NCBI RefSeq assembly: GCF_024700885.2
Contig: NZ_CP117016.1
Direction: 5' to 3' (one strand)
Source of the DNA: Escherichia coli
Lineage (GTDB): Bacteria; Pseudomonadota; Gammaproteobacteria; Enterobacterales; Enterobacteriaceae
DNA length: 64,000 nt
A program made the translations under genes and the position numbers. Within the stretch, counting starts at the first letter, position 1; the number at the start of each line of letters is the position of its first letter. This document shows positions 33,604 to 43,986 of this stretch, piece after piece. The notes beneath the pieces were generated by a model. That model was given only the letters and a program-made list of their open reading frames with translations. It did no database searches and was not told the origin of the DNA.

Positions 33604-34386
33604 ATGGAAACGAAGCAAAAAGAGCGTATCCGACGTTTGATGGAACTGCTTAAGAAAACTGACAGAATCCATTTGAAAGACGCAGCGCGAATGCTGGAAG
33701 TTTCTGTAATGACTATTCGTCGCGATCTCCATCAGGAAGATGAACCTCTGCCACTGACCCTACTGGGTGGCTATATTGTAATGGTGAATAAACCCGCGCC
33801 ATCCATGCCAGTAATCCATGACGTTCCAAAAAATCATCGTGATGACTTACCTATTGCAATTCTGGCTGCCGGAATGGTTAATGAAAATGATCTGATCTTC
33901 TTTGATAATGGCCAGGAGATACCACTCGTTATAAGCATGATCCCGGATGCAATCACCTTCACCGGCATCTGTTACTCACATCGCGTCTTTGTTGCGTTGA
34001 ATGAAAAGCCTAATGTAACAGCAATACTTTGTGGTGGTACGTATCGTGCCAGAAGTGATGCTTTTTACGATGCCAGTAACTCTTCGCCATTAGACTCTCT
34101 CAATCCGCGAAAAATATTTATTTCCGCCAGCGGTGTGCATAATCACTTTGGCGTCAGCTGGTTTAACCCTGAAGATCTTGCCACTAAGCGTAAAGCGATG
34201 AACCGTGGACTACGGAAAATTTTGCTCGCCCGCCACGCGTTGTTCGATGAAGTGGCCTCTGCCAGCCTTGCACCGATCTCTGCATTTGACGTTCTGATTA
34301 GCGATCGTCCGTTACCGGCAGATTATGTTACGCACTGCCAGAATGGTTCTGTAAAGATCATTACACCTGATTCAGAAGACGAATGA
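33604..34386 (+). CDS. deoQ: DeoR-family repressor
   Basis: N-terminal HTH and C-terminal sugar-phosphate-binding domain; divergent from deoK. Confidence 0.7.
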   Translation: METKQKERIRRLMELLKKTDRIHLKDAARMLEVSVMTIRRDLHQEDEPLPLTLLGGYIVMVNKPAPSMPVIHDVPKNHRDDLPIAILAAGMVNENDLIFFDNGQEIPLVISMIPDAITFTGICYSHRVFVALNEKPNVTAILCGGTYRARSDAFYDASNSSPLDSLNPRKIFISASGVHNHFGVSWFNPEDLATKRKAMNRGLRKILLARHALFDEVASASLAPISAFDVLISDRPLPADYVTHCQNGSVKIITPDSEDE

Positions 34387-35431
34387 CTTACTGAAAAAAC
34401 ACCACAATCTTGTTAAACATCGTCGGATTGGACTGATTACGTTGCACTTTCACCACATATTCCAGCTTATCTATTTGGCTTATCACCTACTCCAGACGCT
34501 GGTCATCCTTGACCAGTAGCCAGATATGGCTTTTGTCGCAGTCCTGAATCGGCAGGCAGAGAATGTCTTCAACGTTAAGAGCGCGACGGGCAAAAGCCCA
34601 CAAAGGTGAGTCATTACACCCGGATGGTAAACAGGCACTTCCTTGTTGTAGAAGCCGTTATATTGCCCATAATGTCTGGGTTTTTAATGCATACTGGGTA
34701 ACAACCGGACGAATCTTCGAATATCACTGGCGCTGCCAGCCGGTTTGAATTCATCTCACAACCCTGCATAGAGCGAATCTCCTGCCTGCACGTCACTCCA
34801 CTCCATGGTATCAACTTCACACTCTTTATCTGCGGCTAGCTTCAGCCACCAGATAAGCATCGACTATGAAAGATGAGCCATGACAACATAACGTTGGTAA
34901 CGCTCTGACGCCTTAATGGAAGATGCCTGCCACCATAGGGAATGTAAACGACTGAAGTGTGGCCTTTAATGCCGTGAACGGCTCATGGTCTCCTGGCACG
35001 GTTGCCGCCCCAACCTGTAACAACATTCCACAGTACAATGTCTGCCAGAGTCAGAGCCTCCCATGCTTGTTGTAGTAACTCTACCAGTTACGAACATCCT
35101 TCCTCAAAATTGTTGTCATATCTCGCATGGAAGAAAAGATCCTGGCTAAGGAGCAACACACAACGTATTGCGGAACTTGCATATTTTTCCTGTAACTAGT
35201 GTATTACCACATATGGTAATAGCTACCTGTGTGGTTTCGCTGGATAGCAAGGGGATTTATTCGCAAGTAAAATGCCTGATAAAATACACGAATCTAGTAA
35301 TCATCAATATTTACTCTGGTCGAATGACGCGTGAAAGTGGACGGCCAACAGACGCAGTCAGTGATCTACAGCCTGTTGAATAAAACCCCGGATGCTTCCC
35401 CCGATTCTGCAAGTAATACTTCGGTTATTTG

Positions 35432-35537
35432 CACTATTTTATCCCTGTTGAATTTGGTTAAGCCGGTGCAGACGCGCCGGGAAACGCACACCTGAACCGG
35501 CACAATAAAATACAATACAACCCCCTGTTACTGGAGA
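35432..35537 (+). repeat. 106-bp exact repeat (second copy at 49603-49708)
   Basis: Identical strings cactattttatccctgttgaatttggttaagccggtgcag...ccccctgttactggaga at both places. Confidence 0.8.
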
Positions 35538-35837
35538 AATGCCTGCGCCGGGGTCCGATATGGCAGTATTGTTGCAGCCTGCGGCATGGCTCAGGGGATG
35601 GATTTGATGGGCAATATGGCTCCGTTTATTCTGCGTGGTGTCACGCTGAAAGGGATTGATAGCGTCATGTTCGCGAAAGAGAAAAGAGCAGCAATCTGGC
35701 AACAGGCGGTATAGTATTTGCCAGAGTCCAGAATGGATAGTCTCACTACCGTTTATCCGCTCAGTGACGCCATCACTGTGGCTGAAAAACTTCTGAGTGG
35801 CGGAATTCGCGGTCGTGCAGTCATTCAATATAGCTAA
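35523..35837 (+). pseudogene. YhdH/AcuI-like quinone oxidoreductase, C-terminal remnant with frameshift
   Basis: ...PFILRGVTLKGIDSVM... then, in another frame, ...AEKLLSGGIRGRAVIQYS*. Confidence 0.5.
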
Positions 35838-35894
35838 TTAGATGGATGCCGAGCTCAGGCTTAGTATAATAAGTTTTAGGGGCTGCGGCCCCTT

Positions 35895-36551
35895 TTACTG
35901 GCCAGTTGTTGCTTCCTGAGAAGACTGATAGCGTACCGAGGTTTTGAAATAGCTCCAGAAGTCGTACACTGGCTCAGTAGAACAATATAGTTTGGAACGC
36001 ATTACCGCACCTTCCCAGCCACTCCAGAAAATAGCCGCCAGTTGTGTATTATTCATATTTGAACTTATTTCGCCTGAAGATAACGCGTCGGACAGGCAGG
36101 CCGCAACAAGTGCCTGCCAGCTCTCAAGAATATTCTGTAGTACTTTAATGAAGGATTGGGGAAGCCCCGGACTCTCCTGCATCATATTTCCAACCAGGCA
36201 GCCGCGGGTAAAATTGTATTTTTTAATCCCCTCACAGGCATCATTGATGAAATTTTCCAGACGTACCATTGGTGTGCAGGATGATTCATGTAGATGTTTT
36301 TTGAGTTTATGCTCGAAGAAACTGTCATAGGCGTTCAGAACGGTCTGAGCATAATCCTCTTTACTCTTAAAGTAGTAATAAAATGAGCCTTTAGGGACAT
36401 TGGCATTTTTAACAATGGCATCGACTCCCGTCGCAAGAAAACCATTCTGCGTCAGCAGTTCAAGGCCACTGCGGATCAGATCATTACGAGTATCTGCATA
36501 GGTACTTTCTGTCTTTCGCGGCCTTCCCCGGCCACGATTTTCGCCTGTCAT
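35895..36551 (-). CDS. TetR/AcrR-family transcriptional regulator
   Basis: HTH (LIRSGLELLTQNGFLATGVDAIVKNANVPKGSFYYYF); start at MTGENRG with SD aggag. Confidence 0.75.
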   Translation of the reverse strand: MTGENRGRGRPRKTESTYADTRNDLIRSGLELLTQNGFLATGVDAIVKNANVPKGSFYYYFKSKEDYAQTVLNAYDSFFEHKLKKHLHESSCTPMVRLENFINDACEGIKKYNFTRGCLVGNMMQESPGLPQSFIKVLQNILESWQALVAACLSDALSSGEISSNMNNTQLAAIFWSGWEGAVMRSKLYCSTEPVYDFWSYFKTSVRYQSSQEATTGQ

Positions 36552-36798
36552 GACCCATCTCCTACATTTTATTAACGCAAAAGAATAAGTGATTTTGCGC
36601 GAGAGCTTCAATCAGTTTATCCCCGCAGTGGCAAAGTGTTCGCTTTTGCCGACTGGACAGTGGCAGTGCCTGTCGCTACTGCGCCATCGCTGAACAGTGC
36701 AGAATTAGCAACGTTTGCTTTTGGCACAAAGCATACGCCCATTCTCACGCGAATGCTTTGCCCTTGACTTGCCAACAACCGAATCGCTTGCTCTGCAG

Positions 36799-38076
36799 CT
36801 ATGTTTTTTTATTAGAATATTCGCCACTAAATAAATTATAATAAGTTGATTTTATTAGATATCTATCAGAATCTATATGGTCAGCACGAGTTGCATGCTC
36901 TAATGTTTCAAATGCCAGGGTATGTGCGGCTTCAGCAAATATCCCTGGCCAACCTTTACTCAGCATCGACAGTCCTTTAAGGACTCTTATCTGAATCTCC
37001 CTCATACTGGCACCATCGCGCGCGACAGGTGAGAAAAAGTCTTCCAGTAGATCGTTATTCTGAAGTGGTGCAACATGTACTGAAGGATATTTCACTTCTA
37101 TTTCATCAGATTTATTCTGCGCGTAAGTGGAAAGTATACGAACACCTCTGCCAATGACATCAATGGCGGTTCCAGGATCGTTCACTGCAGGGGAAAGGGC
37201 CCGGCAGGCTATTTCGGCCATGACGCTAAGACAAAATCGAGGATCCTGAGCAAATGAACGTGCATCCGAGACAATAATCGTCTCAAGTAAATCGGTGCTG
37301 ATTGACGACTCCTGGCCCTGACTCAGGTACAAAACTGGCATGGACGGATGTATGAAACTGCCTGGCTGCGCCACGAGGTATACATGACGGGGATCATTGG
37401 TCAGCAGCTTGCTAAGTTTCACCATATCAATATATTCAACATAGCCAATCTTCTTCGGATAAACTGCAACCGTTCCTTTCGGCTGTTCATTGTTCTCAAG
37501 CCATGGATATCCGCCGAGACAGGGATTTCTTGCTCTCGCAATAAATGTTTCGATGGCCGCCTGTTCTACTTGTGCCGTTGTCTCACCAACCCTCCCCAGA
37601 GAGGTCAAATGCTGTATCCAGCGAAGCAATGTGATGAGGATTAAGGCAATGACAACCAGTGTGACAATGAATAAAATGACTCTCCCCCTTTCTCCATAAG
37701 CTCCCATATTGAGGGCAATAATCCCTACCAGACTGAAGAGAAAAGAACCGATGAAGGTGGCCAGTACATTTTGTGTGGTGACGTCTTCAACAACTAAACG
37801 CGTAGCTCTGGGAGTCACATTAGTAGTGGCTGAACCGTAGGCTGTGACCATGATACTCAGCGAAAATGTGGTCACTGCCAGCATACTCGATGCCAGTATG
37901 TTCAGAATGTTATCGACTGCTTCCGCACCAACCTTCACGGAAACCGACTCAGGTATCATTGATTTAAAAAGAATTGATAAAAGGGCCGTTATTATCGCGA
38001 CAATTGCGAATAACGTTGCCCTGAACCATAGTTTTTTAATTGTCTGCTTCAGCATCCATTTCCAGCGTGAAATCAT
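36799..38076 (-). CDS. DUF2254-family membrane protein
   Basis: Multi-TM N-terminal half plus soluble domain; start ambiguous (38091 or 38076). Confidence 0.55.
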   Translation of the reverse strand: MISRWKWMLKQTIKKLWFRATLFAIVAIITALLSILFKSMIPESVSVKVGAEAVDNILNILASSMLAVTTFSLSIMVTAYGSATTNVTPRATRLVVEDVTTQNVLATFIGSFLFSLVGIIALNMGAYGERGRVILFIVTLVVIALILITLLRWIQHLTSLGRVGETTAQVEQAAIETFIARARNPCLGGYPWLENNEQPKGTVAVYPKKIGYVEYIDMVKLSKLLTNDPRHVYLVAQPGSFIHPSMPVLYLSQGQESSISTDLLETIIVSDARSFAQDPRFCLSVMAEIACRALSPAVNDPGTAIDVIGRGVRILSTYAQNKSDEIEVKYPSVHVAPLQNNDLLEDFFSPVARDGASMREIQIRVLKGLSMLSKGWPGIFAEAAHTLAFETLEHATRADHIDSDRYLIKSTYYNLFSGEYSNKKT

Positions 38077-38138
38077 TCTGCATTCCCTCATATTGCGGCC
38101 GGGATAATAATTGCCGCCCCCAGGACGGCATGTTGCTA

Positions 38139-40142
38139 TTAACGAACCAGGTGCAGGAAGTGCAGATGTTTTTCGTACTGGTCCAGTATGTCATTAATCA
38201 GCTGTTCCTGGTTCCAGCCCATCACATCATAATTTTGACCGCCTTCTTTGAGATAAACCTCAGCGCGATAATATCGATGTTGTTCAGTCTGCTGCTCATC
38301 ATTATCCATTGCGGCGAGCGCGAAGGTCGGTGAGATATACCCGCGAAGCCTCACTTCATATATAAAATTCAGCTCGTTGCCCAAATCGACTTCAAGACGA
38401 ATACGATCGTCGACTGCATCACTAATGTGGCTTATCGTCCCCTGCTTGTTCAGTTCCTCCTGAACCAGCGTCATGGCGGGCTGGATAACGTCGTCCATAA
38501 AACGTTTCACAAGAGATCGCTTCGGCAGATACGCGATATTGCGTAACCTTCTCTGCCAAGGAATTGGGTTACGTGCAGCCGTAGGAGCAATTGTCGCCAT
38601 GCTCAGGCTTTCACGCTTGGTCAAATCCCGGCGCAAAGCTTTTAAAAGTCCGTATATAGATATTAGTAAGATCACTGAGAAGGGCAATGCACTCGCTATT
38701 GTCACCGTTTGCAGCGCACTTAGCCCTCCGGCAAGGAGAAGCGCAATTGCAACAATGCCCATGAGCGAGGCCCAGAATATTCGCTGCCAGACGGGTGTGT
38801 TTGCCACTCCACCTGATGCCAGAGTATCCACAACCATTGCCCCCGAATCAGCAGACGTTACAAAGAAGACGATGACCATCGCCATTGCAATGAATGACAG
38901 CACAGAAGAGAACGGGAAATGCTCCAGGAAATTAAACAGGGCCAGCGCCACATCCTGCTGAACAGTATTGGCGAGGTCTGTGGCCCCCTGGTTCATAATG
39001 AGATAGATCGCGCTGTTACCAAACACCGTCATCCACATTAGCGTAAAACCCGCGGGAACAAACAGCACGCCGGTGACAAACTCGCGAATGGTTCGCCCGC
39101 GGGAGACTCGTGCGATGAACATCCCCACAAACGGCGACCATGAAAGCCACCATCCCCAGTACAGTAATGTCCAGCCCCCCAGCCAGTTGCTCGACTTGGG
39201 CTCATACGCGTAAAGGTTGAACGTTTTACTCACCAGTTCCGAAAGATAACCGCCCGTATTTTCCACAAATGACTTCAGCAGAAGCACGGTTGGTCCCAGA
39301 CACAGGACCAGCGCCAGGAGCAACAAAGCCAGACCCAGATTGAGTTCAGACAGGATACGTATTCCCTTATCCAGACCGGACACCACTGAAATCGTCGCTA
39401 ACCCCGTGATGACCACGATCAGAATTACCTGCACCGTTTCATTGATGGGCACCCCGAAAAGATGGTTCAAACCGGCATTCACCTGCAAAACACCGTAACC
39501 CAGTGATGTCGCAACGCCAAAGACCGTGCCTATAACAGCGAAAATATCAACCGCATGTCCTACAGGTCCGTATATGCGATCGCCAATAATGGGATAGAGT
39601 GCGGAGCGCAGAGTTAAAGGCAGACCGTGACGGTAACTGAAGAACGCCAGAATCAGCGCCACAATGGCATAAATTGCCCATGCGTGCAGTCCCCAGTGGA
39701 AAAAGGTCAGACGCATTGCTTCCTTAGCTGCCGCAACGGTTTCTGGAGTGCCAACGGGTGGCGAAAGATAATGCATTACAGGTTCGGCAACGCCAAAGAA
39801 CATCAGGCCGATCCCCATCCCTGCCGAAAAAAGCATCGCAAACCAGGAGTGGTAGCTGAAATCAGGCTGCGCATGGTCCGGGCCCAGCTTGATATCACCG
39901 TAGCGTGAGAGTCCAAGGAACGTGACACTCAGTAAAATCAGGGCCACAGCAAGGATGTAGAACCAGCTGGCATTCGTGAAGATTTGTTGCTGAAGTAGTT
40001 TAAAATTTTTGTCGGCGACATCCGGGAATACGGCGGCAAAGGCGACAAGAAGGAAAATTAGCAAAGCAGATGTAAAGAATACCGCTTTGTTAATCTGACT
40101 TGTAGACTTCTTTGGGATTGTATCATTTTCACTCATAATCAT
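38139..40142 (-). CDS. BCCT-family betaine/carnitine/choline transporter
   Basis: 667 aa; BetT-like polytopic protein with long C-terminal cytoplasmic tail. Confidence 0.75.
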   Translation of the reverse strand: MIMSENDTIPKKSTSQINKAVFFTSALLIFLLVAFAAVFPDVADKNFKLLQQQIFTNASWFYILAVALILLSVTFLGLSRYGDIKLGPDHAQPDFSYHSWFAMLFSAGMGIGLMFFGVAEPVMHYLSPPVGTPETVAAAKEAMRLTFFHWGLHAWAIYAIVALILAFFSYRHGLPLTLRSALYPIIGDRIYGPVGHAVDIFAVIGTVFGVATSLGYGVLQVNAGLNHLFGVPINETVQVILIVVITGLATISVVSGLDKGIRILSELNLGLALLLLALVLCLGPTVLLLKSFVENTGGYLSELVSKTFNLYAYEPKSSNWLGGWTLLYWGWWLSWSPFVGMFIARVSRGRTIREFVTGVLFVPAGFTLMWMTVFGNSAIYLIMNQGATDLANTVQQDVALALFNFLEHFPFSSVLSFIAMAMVIVFFVTSADSGAMVVDTLASGGVANTPVWQRIFWASLMGIVAIALLLAGGLSALQTVTIASALPFSVILLISIYGLLKALRRDLTKRESLSMATIAPTAARNPIPWQRRLRNIAYLPKRSLVKRFMDDVIQPAMTLVQEELNKQGTISHISDAVDDRIRLEVDLGNELNFIYEVRLRGYISPTFALAAMDNDEQQTEQHRYYRAEVYLKEGGQNYDVMGWNQEQLINDILDQYEKHLHFLHLVR

Positions 40143-40246
40143 TTATTCCATTAATTAAATTCGCACTGGATAGAAGGTACTACCTCTCACAAAGTAGCAA
40201 AGTTCAACTGGCTATGCGGCGTTAATCGGAATGCATGGTGGAATGT

Positions 40247-41493
40247 TGAGGTGTACTGGCAATAGCGGACACTACCATTTGTTCTTTTTTTAAGCAGCCA
40301 TCTGATGATATTTTTCCCTGAAGGCTGCCGGGGAGATATTCCCCAGACGAGAGTGACGACGCTGACGATTGTAGAAAATCTCAATGTATTCCCGTATTAC
40401 TGAGATGGCTTCATCCCGGTTATTAAAACGATAGTGGCTCAGGCTCTCATTTTTCAGCGTTCCCCAGAAGCTTTCCATCGGAGCGTTGTCGTAACAGTTA
40501 CCTTTACGCGACATTGATGTTTTCAGACCAAACTGCTCCTGTATGACACGGTAATCGTATGCGCAGTACTGTGAACCTCGATCAGAGTGGTGGATTAGCC
40601 CGGCAGGTGGGCGCTGGCTCCTGAGCGCCATAAACAGGGCTTTACCTGTCAGCTCTTTTGTCATGCGCTCTCCCATGGCGTAGCCGACAATTTCGCACGT
40701 ATAAACATCTTTGATGCCAGCGAGGTACAACCATCCCTCCTGTGTGGCAACATACGTCAGGTCCGCCACCCAGACCTGATTTGGTGCTGTAGGAGCGAAC
40801 GTCTGGTTCAGCAGATTTGGCGCAACTGGCAGATTGTGGTTCGAGTTCGTAGTCGCTCTGAACTTGCGTTTCTGCTTACAGCGTAGCCTTAGCTCCTTAC
40901 GAAGACGTGCCAGTCGGTCACGACCAACGATGATGCCATTCTCTGCCAGCTCCGTCTGGAGCTGCCGGGTTCCATATGTTTCGCGAGTGCGGATATGCGC
41001 CACCTTAATCTCCAGTTTTAGCCGCTCATCACTTTGTTTTCTGTCTGAGGGTTCATGCTGTACCCAGTTGTAATAACCGCTCCTGGATACACCAAATACC
41101 TGACACATCGCTTCAATGGGAAATTGTTGTCGCCATTGTTCGATTAACGCGTATTTTTCAGCGACTCCTGTGCAATTTAATATATCTCGCTCAAGGCGAG
41201 CTTCATTTAACGCCTTACGCAGTTGCAGAATTTCAGATTCCAGTTCAGCCACCGTGCGGGAACCAGGAGTACCGAGCCCTTTTCTGGCGGCGGTAACCCA
41301 TTGTCCTAAAGTGCCTTCAGGAAGAGATAATCGGGAAGCACCTTCACTGATCGAAAGTTGATTTTCAAGAACCGTTCTGACAGCTTCGGCTTTGAACTCT
41401 TTAGAGTAACGTTGGGTTTTTCTGCTCATTATTAGCTCCTTCTGATGCCATTCTATTTCAGGAAGGAGTGTCCGTTAAACTCAGGCTACCTCA
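40247..41493 (-). mobile_element. IS3-family insertion sequence (1247 bp), imperfect terminal IRs TGAGGT...CGGACACT
   Basis: Terminal repeats at 40247-40276 and 41464-41493; internal transposase. Confidence 0.7.
40290..41429 (-). CDS. IS3-family transposase encoded as a single fused OrfAB reading frame (379 aa)
   Basis: N-terminal HTH and C-terminal DDE integrase core (ADLTYV, HHSDRGSQY, YDNAPMESFW) in one uninterrupted frame. Confidence 0.75.
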   Translation of the reverse strand: MSRKTQRYSKEFKAEAVRTVLENQLSISEGASRLSLPEGTLGQWVTAARKGLGTPGSRTVAELESEILQLRKALNEARLERDILNCTGVAEKYALIEQWRQQFPIEAMCQVFGVSRSGYYNWVQHEPSDRKQSDERLKLEIKVAHIRTRETYGTRQLQTELAENGIIVGRDRLARLRKELRLRCKQKRKFRATTNSNHNLPVAPNLLNQTFAPTAPNQVWVADLTYVATQEGWLYLAGIKDVYTCEIVGYAMGERMTKELTGKALFMALRSQRPPAGLIHHSDRGSQYCAYDYRVIQEQFGLKTSMSRKGNCYDNAPMESFWGTLKNESLSHYRFNNRDEAISVIREYIEIFYNRQRRHSRLGNISPAAFREKYHQMAA

Positions 41494-41575
41494 TTGGTTC
41501 CCACTACTTATTTGGTGGACACCACTTTGTCTAATTCGTCAGATTCTGACCAGACGGTTCAGGCTGTACGCTTAC
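41494..41575 (-). mobile_element. Orphan IS66-family terminal fragment (82 bp)
   Basis: Same 82-bp string as 49521-49602, the left end of the IS66 copy at 47315-49602, ending ...GTACGCTTAC. Confidence 0.7.
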
Positions 41576-41609
41576 AAACAACTAGTGGAAATACTTGTAC
41601 TTTATAATT

Positions 41610-42554
41610 TCAAGGGTACGGGTCCGCTTCGTTTGATTTGCGTGTTTTTAACAATTTTAAAACCCAGACATACTGTTCCGGATGTGGCCCCACCAAAATT
41701 TCCACTGTTTTGTTCATTTGTCGGGCAATCATTTTATTGTCCGCGCTGGCAATGCAAGCATCCATTGGTGGCCGAATTTCAATAGTCAGGAGATGTTTTT
41801 TTTCATCATAAACCGGGAAAAGTGGTATAATCATAGCCTGACTGATGTTCATCAGACGTCCAATGATTGGTAATGTCGCTTTATAGGTCGCAAAAAAATC
41901 AGCAAATTCACTGTATTCAGGACCATGATCCTGATCTGGGAGGTAATATCCCCAGTATCCCTGGCGTACTGACTGAATAAATGGTTTTATCCCATCCTCC
42001 CGGGCATGTAAGCGCCCCCCGAATTTACGCCGTACTGAATTCCAGACATAATCAATCACTGGATTTCGTTGCTGATGAAACATGGCGGCCATTTTTTTTC
42101 CCTGAGCTGCCAGCAACATTGCAGGAATATCCACGCTCCAGCCATGGGGAACCAGAAAAATCACATTTCTATTATTGTGTCGAATTTCCTCAAGAATTTC
42201 GAGGCCTTTCCAGAACACTCGTTTCTGGAACTTTTCCGGACCACGAATTGCCAGTTCTGCCATCATCACTATGGATTGCAATGCTGTGGCAAACATTTTG
42301 TCGACAATTATTTCCCGTTCTGTATCACTCTTTTCTGGGAAACAAAGCGATAAATTAATCGTCGCCCTGCGACGAGCTTTTTTGCTCAATCTGCCCACCC
42401 AACGCCCTATTTTTGCCAAGACAGGATCTCTGAATGAAGGGGGAAACATTGAAATACCTGCAATCATTCCCAAAAGGAACCATGTAGACCAGTAAACAGG
42501 GGAAAGGTAATTTTTCTTAAATTCAGGAATAAACTCAGATTTATATTTTTTCAT
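41610..42554 (-). CDS. Lipid A secondary acyltransferase (LpxL/LpxM family, MsbB2-like)
   Basis: 314 aa; LpxM-family call on overall similarity (acyltransferase H-box region around VPHGWS); adjacency to a virK-like gene as on Shigella virulence plasmids. Confidence 0.7.
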   Translation of the reverse strand: MKKYKSEFIPEFKKNYLSPVYWSTWFLLGMIAGISMFPPSFRDPVLAKIGRWVGRLSKKARRRATINLSLCFPEKSDTEREIIVDKMFATALQSIVMMAELAIRGPEKFQKRVFWKGLEILEEIRHNNRNVIFLVPHGWSVDIPAMLLAAQGKKMAAMFHQQRNPVIDYVWNSVRRKFGGRLHAREDGIKPFIQSVRQGYWGYYLPDQDHGPEYSEFADFFATYKATLPIIGRLMNISQAMIIPLFPVYDEKKHLLTIEIRPPMDACIASADNKMIARQMNKTVEILVGPHPEQYVWVLKLLKTRKSNEADPYP

Positions 42555-42618
42555 TATTTAGTGCGAATGCCTCTACCAAAATTATCATTACTGTTTTATT
42601 CAGAGAATACATCAAACC

Positions 42619-43233
42619 TTAATTTAAATTCTGATGTTCTGAGTGTACAGGATATGCATCCAAAGAGCGGATAGTAGTTTCATGGATATAATCCAGCAAA
42701 GCGTATCGTTTTCGGTACTCAGAGCGTTTTTTACTGGCTATATCGCTTAGCGGCTTTCGAATCACCTGGGTTGGTAATCTGTACCAGTCACCACAGGTTT
42801 TTCCTGCTACAGACTCCCAGAAATCACTATAGACCGCAACAAAGGTTTTGCGTTTCTGATACCAGTATCTCAATTGCCGGAAAACATGACTGTGCTCACT
42901 GACTGCCAGACACTCAGAGATATTGCAAGCTTTCATCAACGCACAAAATGCTTCAAAAATAATCCGTTTTGGGAAAATCCCATAACAGGCCCGGGTTGCG
43001 CACCGAATAACATCAGGTCCGGTATTTTTAGGGGCTCCCTGTAATCCGCCAATAAAAGCAATGTGTCCATTTTGAGTCAGAATGACTGAAAATGTTAACC
43101 GGGCAATAACTGTTTTATTGTAAAACAATGACAACATCAACTCTCCTTCCCGGTCAAAACCACTGGGAGAACACTGGATATCAAAATTCTCTCCATCTTT
43201 CCCGATGAATTGGACTAATGATACCGATTTTTG
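42619..43233 (-). pseudogene. VirK-like (DUF535) gene, 5'-truncated at the IS1 boundary
   Basis: C-terminal 173 aa (IGGLQG, ACYGIFPKRI, RKTFVAVYSDFW); ORF runs into the IS1 end at 43234. Confidence 0.55.
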
Positions 43234-43288
43234 GGTAATGCTGCCAACTTACTGATTTAGTGTATGATGGTGATTTTAAGGTGCTTGC

Positions 43289-43564
43289 GTGGCTTCCATT
43301 TCCATCAGATGTCCTTCCTGCTCCGCTACTGAAGGCGTGGTGCGTAACGGCAAAAGCACTGCCGGACATCAGCGCTATCTCTGCTCTCATTGCCGTAAAA
43401 CATGGCAACTACAGTTCACTTACACCGCCTCTCAGCCCGGTACGCACCAGAAAATCATTGATATGGCCATGAATGGCGTCGGATGTCGCGCCAGTGCACG
43501 CATTATGGGCGTTGGCCTCAACACGGTTTTACGTCACTTAAAAAACTCAGGTCGCAGTCGGTAA
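43289..43564 (+). CDS. insA: IS1 InsA
   Basis: [30 protein letters not shown]... Confidence 0.85.
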   Translation: MASISIRCPSCSATEGVVRNGKSTAGHQRYLCSHCRKTWQLQFTYTASQPGTHQKIIDMAMNGVGCRASARIMGVGLNTVLRHLKNSGRSR

Positions 43565-43986
43565 CCTCGCGCATACAACCGGGCAGTGATGTGATTGTCT
43601 GCGCTGAAATGGACGAACAGTGGGGCTACGTCGGTGCTAAATCACGTCAGCGCTGGCTGTTTTACGCGTATGACAGGATACGGAGGACGGTTGTGGCGCA
43701 CGTCTTCGGTGAACGCACTCTGGCCACACTGGAGCGTCTTCTGAGCCTGCTGTCGGCCTTTGAGGTCGTGGTATAGATGACGGATGGCTGGCCGCTGTAT
43801 GAATCACGCCTGAAGGGAAAGCTGCACGTTATCAGCAAGCGTTACACTCAGCGCATTGAGCGACATAATCTGAATCTGAGACAACATCTGGCAAGGCTGG
43901 GACGGAAGTCACTGTCGTTCTCAAAATCGGTGGAGCTGCATGACAAGGTCATCGGGCATTATCTGAACATAAAACACTATCAGTAA
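43483..43986 (+). pseudogene. insB: IS1 InsB with in-frame TAG stop at 43774-43776
   Basis: Translation reads ...[18 protein letters not shown] across the stop; canonical IS1 has W at this position as I recall it. Confidence 0.7.
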
